Shown: in pieces, positions 61,155 to 64,000 of the stretch
Numbering within the stretch: position 1 is the stretch's first letter
How the letters are laid out: each line of letters begins with the position of its first letter
From: an uncultured Chloroflexia bacterium
Lineage (GTDB): Bacteria; Chloroflexota; Chloroflexia; QHBQ01; JADMIH01
Length of the DNA: 64,000 nt
Reading direction: 5' to 3'
Assembly: GCA_963797095.1 (NCBI GenBank)
Contig: CAWCNY010000006.1
Span: forward strand, 608,001 to 672,000
Notes under the pieces: model-generated
What the model was told of the DNA's origin: nothing
Databases searched by the model: none
The model's input: the letters and a program-made list of their open reading frames with translations, nothing else
Program-made: the position numbers and the translations under genes

Positions 61155-62477
61155 ATGCTCCAGGCAGTAATCAATGCCTTCAAGATTGGCGACTTGCGCA
61201 GGAAGATACTCTTCACGCTCGGCATGCTCGCTGTCTTCCGTGTGATCGCCCACATCCCTGTGCCAGGCGTTGATTTTACGCGGCTCGATACCGCATTTGA
61301 TCCCAACAATCCGGCGAACCAGCAGTTCGGCGGCCTGCTCAACATTCTCAACATCTTCTCAGGAGGCACGCTCCAGAACTTCAGCGTTGCGGCTATGGGT
61401 GTCTACCCGTACATTACTGCCTCCATTATCATCCAGCTTCTGACGGGCGTTATCCCCCGCCTCACGGAGTTGAGCAAAGAGGGTGAGAGTGGTAGGAACC
61501 AACTGAACAGGTACACCCACTGGCTCACCGTTCCGCTGGCGGCTCTCCAGGCGTTCGGCCAGGCGGGGCTTCTCAACAGCCAGTTCGGCGCGCTTCCCCA
61601 GTTCGGCACCGACCTTTTGCTCACAGTCACCGTTATCATAAGCCTTGTCTGCGGCACAATGTTCCTTGTGTGGCTCGGCGAGCTGATTACAGAGAATGGC
61701 ATCGGCCAGGGCATCTCTATCATCATCTTCGGTGGTATCGCAGCCCGTATCCCAGGTCAGATCTTACAGTTGACTCAGTCCGGCAGCACCGGCACAGGCA
61801 TTTTCAGCATCGCCCTGTTCGCCGCCATCGGCCTTCTCACAGTGGTTGGAATCATCCTCATCAATGAAGGCCAGCGCCGCATCCCTGTTCACTATTCGCG
61901 CAGCATCATGCGTGGTGGCAGGATGATGAGGCAGGCAGGCACATCATTCATACCGCTACGCGTCAACTCCTCCGGTATGATCCCGCTCATCTTCGCCCTC
62001 TCAATCATGAGCTTCCCGGTGATCGTAGCCGGTTTCTTCACTGCCGCCTCCACCGATTGGGTGAAAAACGCCGCGCTCTGGGTGTATGGCACTTTCCAGC
62101 CTAGTTCGCCTCTCTACAACATCGTCTACTTCCTGATGGTGGTGGCATTTACTTTCTTCTATACAAGTGTGGTATTCTCTCAGCAGCGTATTGCCGAGAA
62201 CCTCCAGAAATCTGGAGGTGCGGTGCCTGGCATACGTCCGGGGCCGAACACAGATCGCTTCCTAAATACCGTGCTCACCAGGATCACCGTAGCTGGCGCT
62301 TTCTTCCTGGGCATAGTGGCTATCCTCCCCTGGTTAGCCTCCCTGGTGACCGGCGTGCAACTCCTCAACTTCAGTTCGACCTCTCTCCTCATCGTGGTTG
62401 GTGTCGCCATAGATACAATGAAGCAATTGGAGTCCCAACTCCTGATGAGGCGGTATGAAGGCTTTATCAATCGCTGA
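61155..62477 (+). CDS. secY: Preprotein translocase SecY
   Basis: MGVYPYITASII, PGIRPG, SLLIVVGV. Confidence 0.99.
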   Translation: MLQAVINAFKIGDLRRKILFTLGMLAVFRVIAHIPVPGVDFTRLDTAFDPNNPANQQFGGLLNILNIFSGGTLQNFSVAAMGVYPYITASIIIQLLTGVIPRLTELSKEGESGRNQLNRYTHWLTVPLAALQAFGQAGLLNSQFGALPQFGTDLLLTVTVIISLVCGTMFLVWLGELITENGIGQGISIIIFGGIAARIPGQILQLTQSGSTGTGIFSIALFAAIGLLTVVGIILINEGQRRIPVHYSRSIMRGGRMMRQAGTSFIPLRVNSSGMIPLIFALSIMSFPVIVAGFFTAASTDWVKNAALWVYGTFQPSSPLYNIVYFLMVVAFTFFYTSVVFSQQRIAENLQKSGGAVPGIRPGPNTDRFLNTVLTRITVAGAFFLGIVAILPWLASLVTGVQLLNFSSTSLLIVVGVAIDTMKQLESQLLMRRYEGFINR

Positions 62478-62593
62478 CCTGGTTTTGGCCTGTGGATCTT
62501 GGATTGTGGATCAATGAGTAGGATGCAATGGAAAAAACAGTCCAAACTCAACAAGCTGAAAACTACAACCTGAGTGACAATGGAGTCACGCAA

Positions 62594-63235
62594 ATGATCA
62601 TCATCCTGTTGGGCGCACCGGGGGCGGGGAAAGGCACTCAATCGGAGATACTCGAGGACAGGCTTGGCATGGTCCATATCTCCAGTGGCGACCTCCTCCG
62701 GGAAAACGTCAAGAACGATACTGAGCTTGGCAGAGTTGCCAATGAGTATATGATCAAGGGCTTACTGGTGCCGGATCATTTGATCATCGATATGATCACT
62801 GACCGCATGGCTCTACCCGATGCGGAGCGCGGAGTGTTGTTGGATGGATTTCCACGCACCCTCCCGCAGGCCGAGGCACTGGACGATGCCCTCGACATCA
62901 AGGGCAAGCGGGTCAACTCCGCCCTTTACATCAAAGTCGCAGACGATGCACTGATAGGCAGGCTTTCGGGCCGGTGGATCTGCCGGAAGTGCGGCCATAT
63001 CTATCATGAGAAATTCAACCCGCCCACCGTTCCGGGCGTGTGCGATGTATGTGGAGGCGAGCTATACCAGCGCCCTGACGATACCCGGGAGACCGCTATC
63101 ACACGTATAGAGGTTTTCCATAACCTGACACAACCCATAATCGAATATTATCGCCGGCGGGGCATCCTCCAGGAAGTGAACGGCGATCAGCCGGTAGAGG
63201 ATGTAACTCGCGACCTTCTTGAACGGCTGCGGTAA
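62594..63235 (+). CDS. adk: Adenylate kinase (Zn lid)
   Basis: GAPGAGKGT, LDGFPRT, CxxC lid; alternative start at 62528. Confidence 0.97.
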   Translation: MIIILLGAPGAGKGTQSEILEDRLGMVHISSGDLLRENVKNDTELGRVANEYMIKGLLVPDHLIIDMITDRMALPDAERGVLLDGFPRTLPQAEALDDALDIKGKRVNSALYIKVADDALIGRLSGRWICRKCGHIYHEKFNPPTVPGVCDVCGGELYQRPDDTRETAITRIEVFHNLTQPIIEYYRRRGILQEVNGDQPVEDVTRDLLERLR

Positions 63236-63290
63236 TAACAATAATTGCAGATGACGGATCCCCTGGCCCCTAATCTGTATCTGAACTGAA

Positions 63291-64000
63291 ATGGCAATCT
63301 ATTTGAAATCACCAAAGGAAATAGAGCTGATGCGCCAGGCTGGGCGCATCGTTGCTCAGACGCTGCAATTGCTCGCCGAACATGCCAAGCCTGGCGTAAC
63401 CACGCGTGAGCTGGACGAGATGGCCTACCGCTTTATCAAATCGCAGGGGGCCATCCCAACCTTCAAGGGCTACCACCCGTTCCCCAATATCCGGCCCTTC
63501 CCAGGCTCGATCTGCGCCTCCGTAAACGAAGAGATCGTACACGGCATCCCGAGCGACCGCCAGCTACAAGAAGGCGATATTATCGCCCTGGATTGCGGCA
63601 CTATCTACAGGGGCTGGCAGGGCGACTCCGCGCTGACCGTGGCCGTGGGTAAGATAAGGCCCGAACTGCAAAAGTTGTTGGAGGTGACCAAGTCATCTCT
63701 GGAAGCTGGCATTGCGCAGGCGCGGGTCGGCAACCGCGTCGGTGACATATCTCATGCTGTCGAGCAGCGCATCAGGCAGGGCGGTAACTACGGCATCGTG
63801 CGCGAATATGGCGGGCACGGCCTGGGCAGACGCCTCTGGGAAGACCCATCTGTTCCCAACCACGGCGCGCCTCACCAGGGCGACCGTCTGCGGGTGGGCA
63901 TGGTAATCGCTATCGAGCCGATGCTAAACATGGGTGGTGAGGAAACCGAAACCCTTCCGGATGGTTGGACCGTTGTCACCAAAGACCGCAAACCATCGGC
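63291..64000 (+). CDS. map: Methionine aminopeptidase type I (runs off window)
   Basis: Manual translation MAIYLKSPKEIELMRQAG...SVNEEIVHGIP...GHGLG...EPM. Confidence 0.95.
   Translation, partial: MAIYLKSPKEIELMRQAGRIVAQTLQLLAEHAKPGVTTRELDEMAYRFIKSQGAIPTFKGYHPFPNIRPFPGSICASVNEEIVHGIPSDRQLQEGDIIALDCGTIYRGWQGDSALTVAVGKIRPELQKLLEVTKSSLEAGIAQARVGNRVGDISHAVEQRIRQGGNYGIVREYGGHGLGRRLWEDPSVPNHGAPHQGDRLRVGMVIAIEPMLNMGGEETETLPDGWTVVTKDRKPS

Larger units (their letters stand above)
49232..62520. repeat. Intergenic degenerate heptamer-repeat palindromes, several families (span given; copies are discrete)
   Basis: Seen in spacers at about 49592, 50390, 51965, 52905, 53680, 55400, 55815, 56275, 56690, 57515, 57795, 58315, 58965 and 61067. 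Confidence 0.85.

Overview
GC-rich bacterial chromosomal window. Gene content and style (Cys-loop SLH protein, dnaB-DnaD-loader cluster, large TPR proteins, several LLM/PPOX enzymes) suggest Chloroflexota; this is an inference. The left 43 kb holds mixed housekeeping and accessory genes: a truncated class III nucleotide cyclase, an LLM-oxidoreductase/MenA-like prenyltransferase fusion behind a Rex/CRP-like operator, rplI, intein-containing dnaB with DnaD and a DnaC-like loader, cdaA, a sigma factor with an SOS-like box, glycosyltransferases, mqnA, trpB2, an IS701-family element, a decayed ISAs1 element, murJ, an SLH protein and tRNA-Pro. The right 21 kb holds rpsL-rpsG-[Uma2]-fusA with no tuf, then the S10-spc cluster through secY-adk-map. 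Most unusual: (1) an intact six-gene group-4 [NiFe]-hydrogenase/complex-I-like operon whose small subunit lacks its Fe-S cysteines and whose antiporter subunits lack the pumping Glu/Lys, while the large subunit keeps all four metal Cys; (2) ribosomal protein uL4 fused to a lamin-tail domain; (3) palindromic arrays of several different 7-mer repeat families filling most ribosomal-operon spacers and entering some ORFs; (4) the LLM-MenA fusion. All family calls come from motif recognition by eye; no searches were run.
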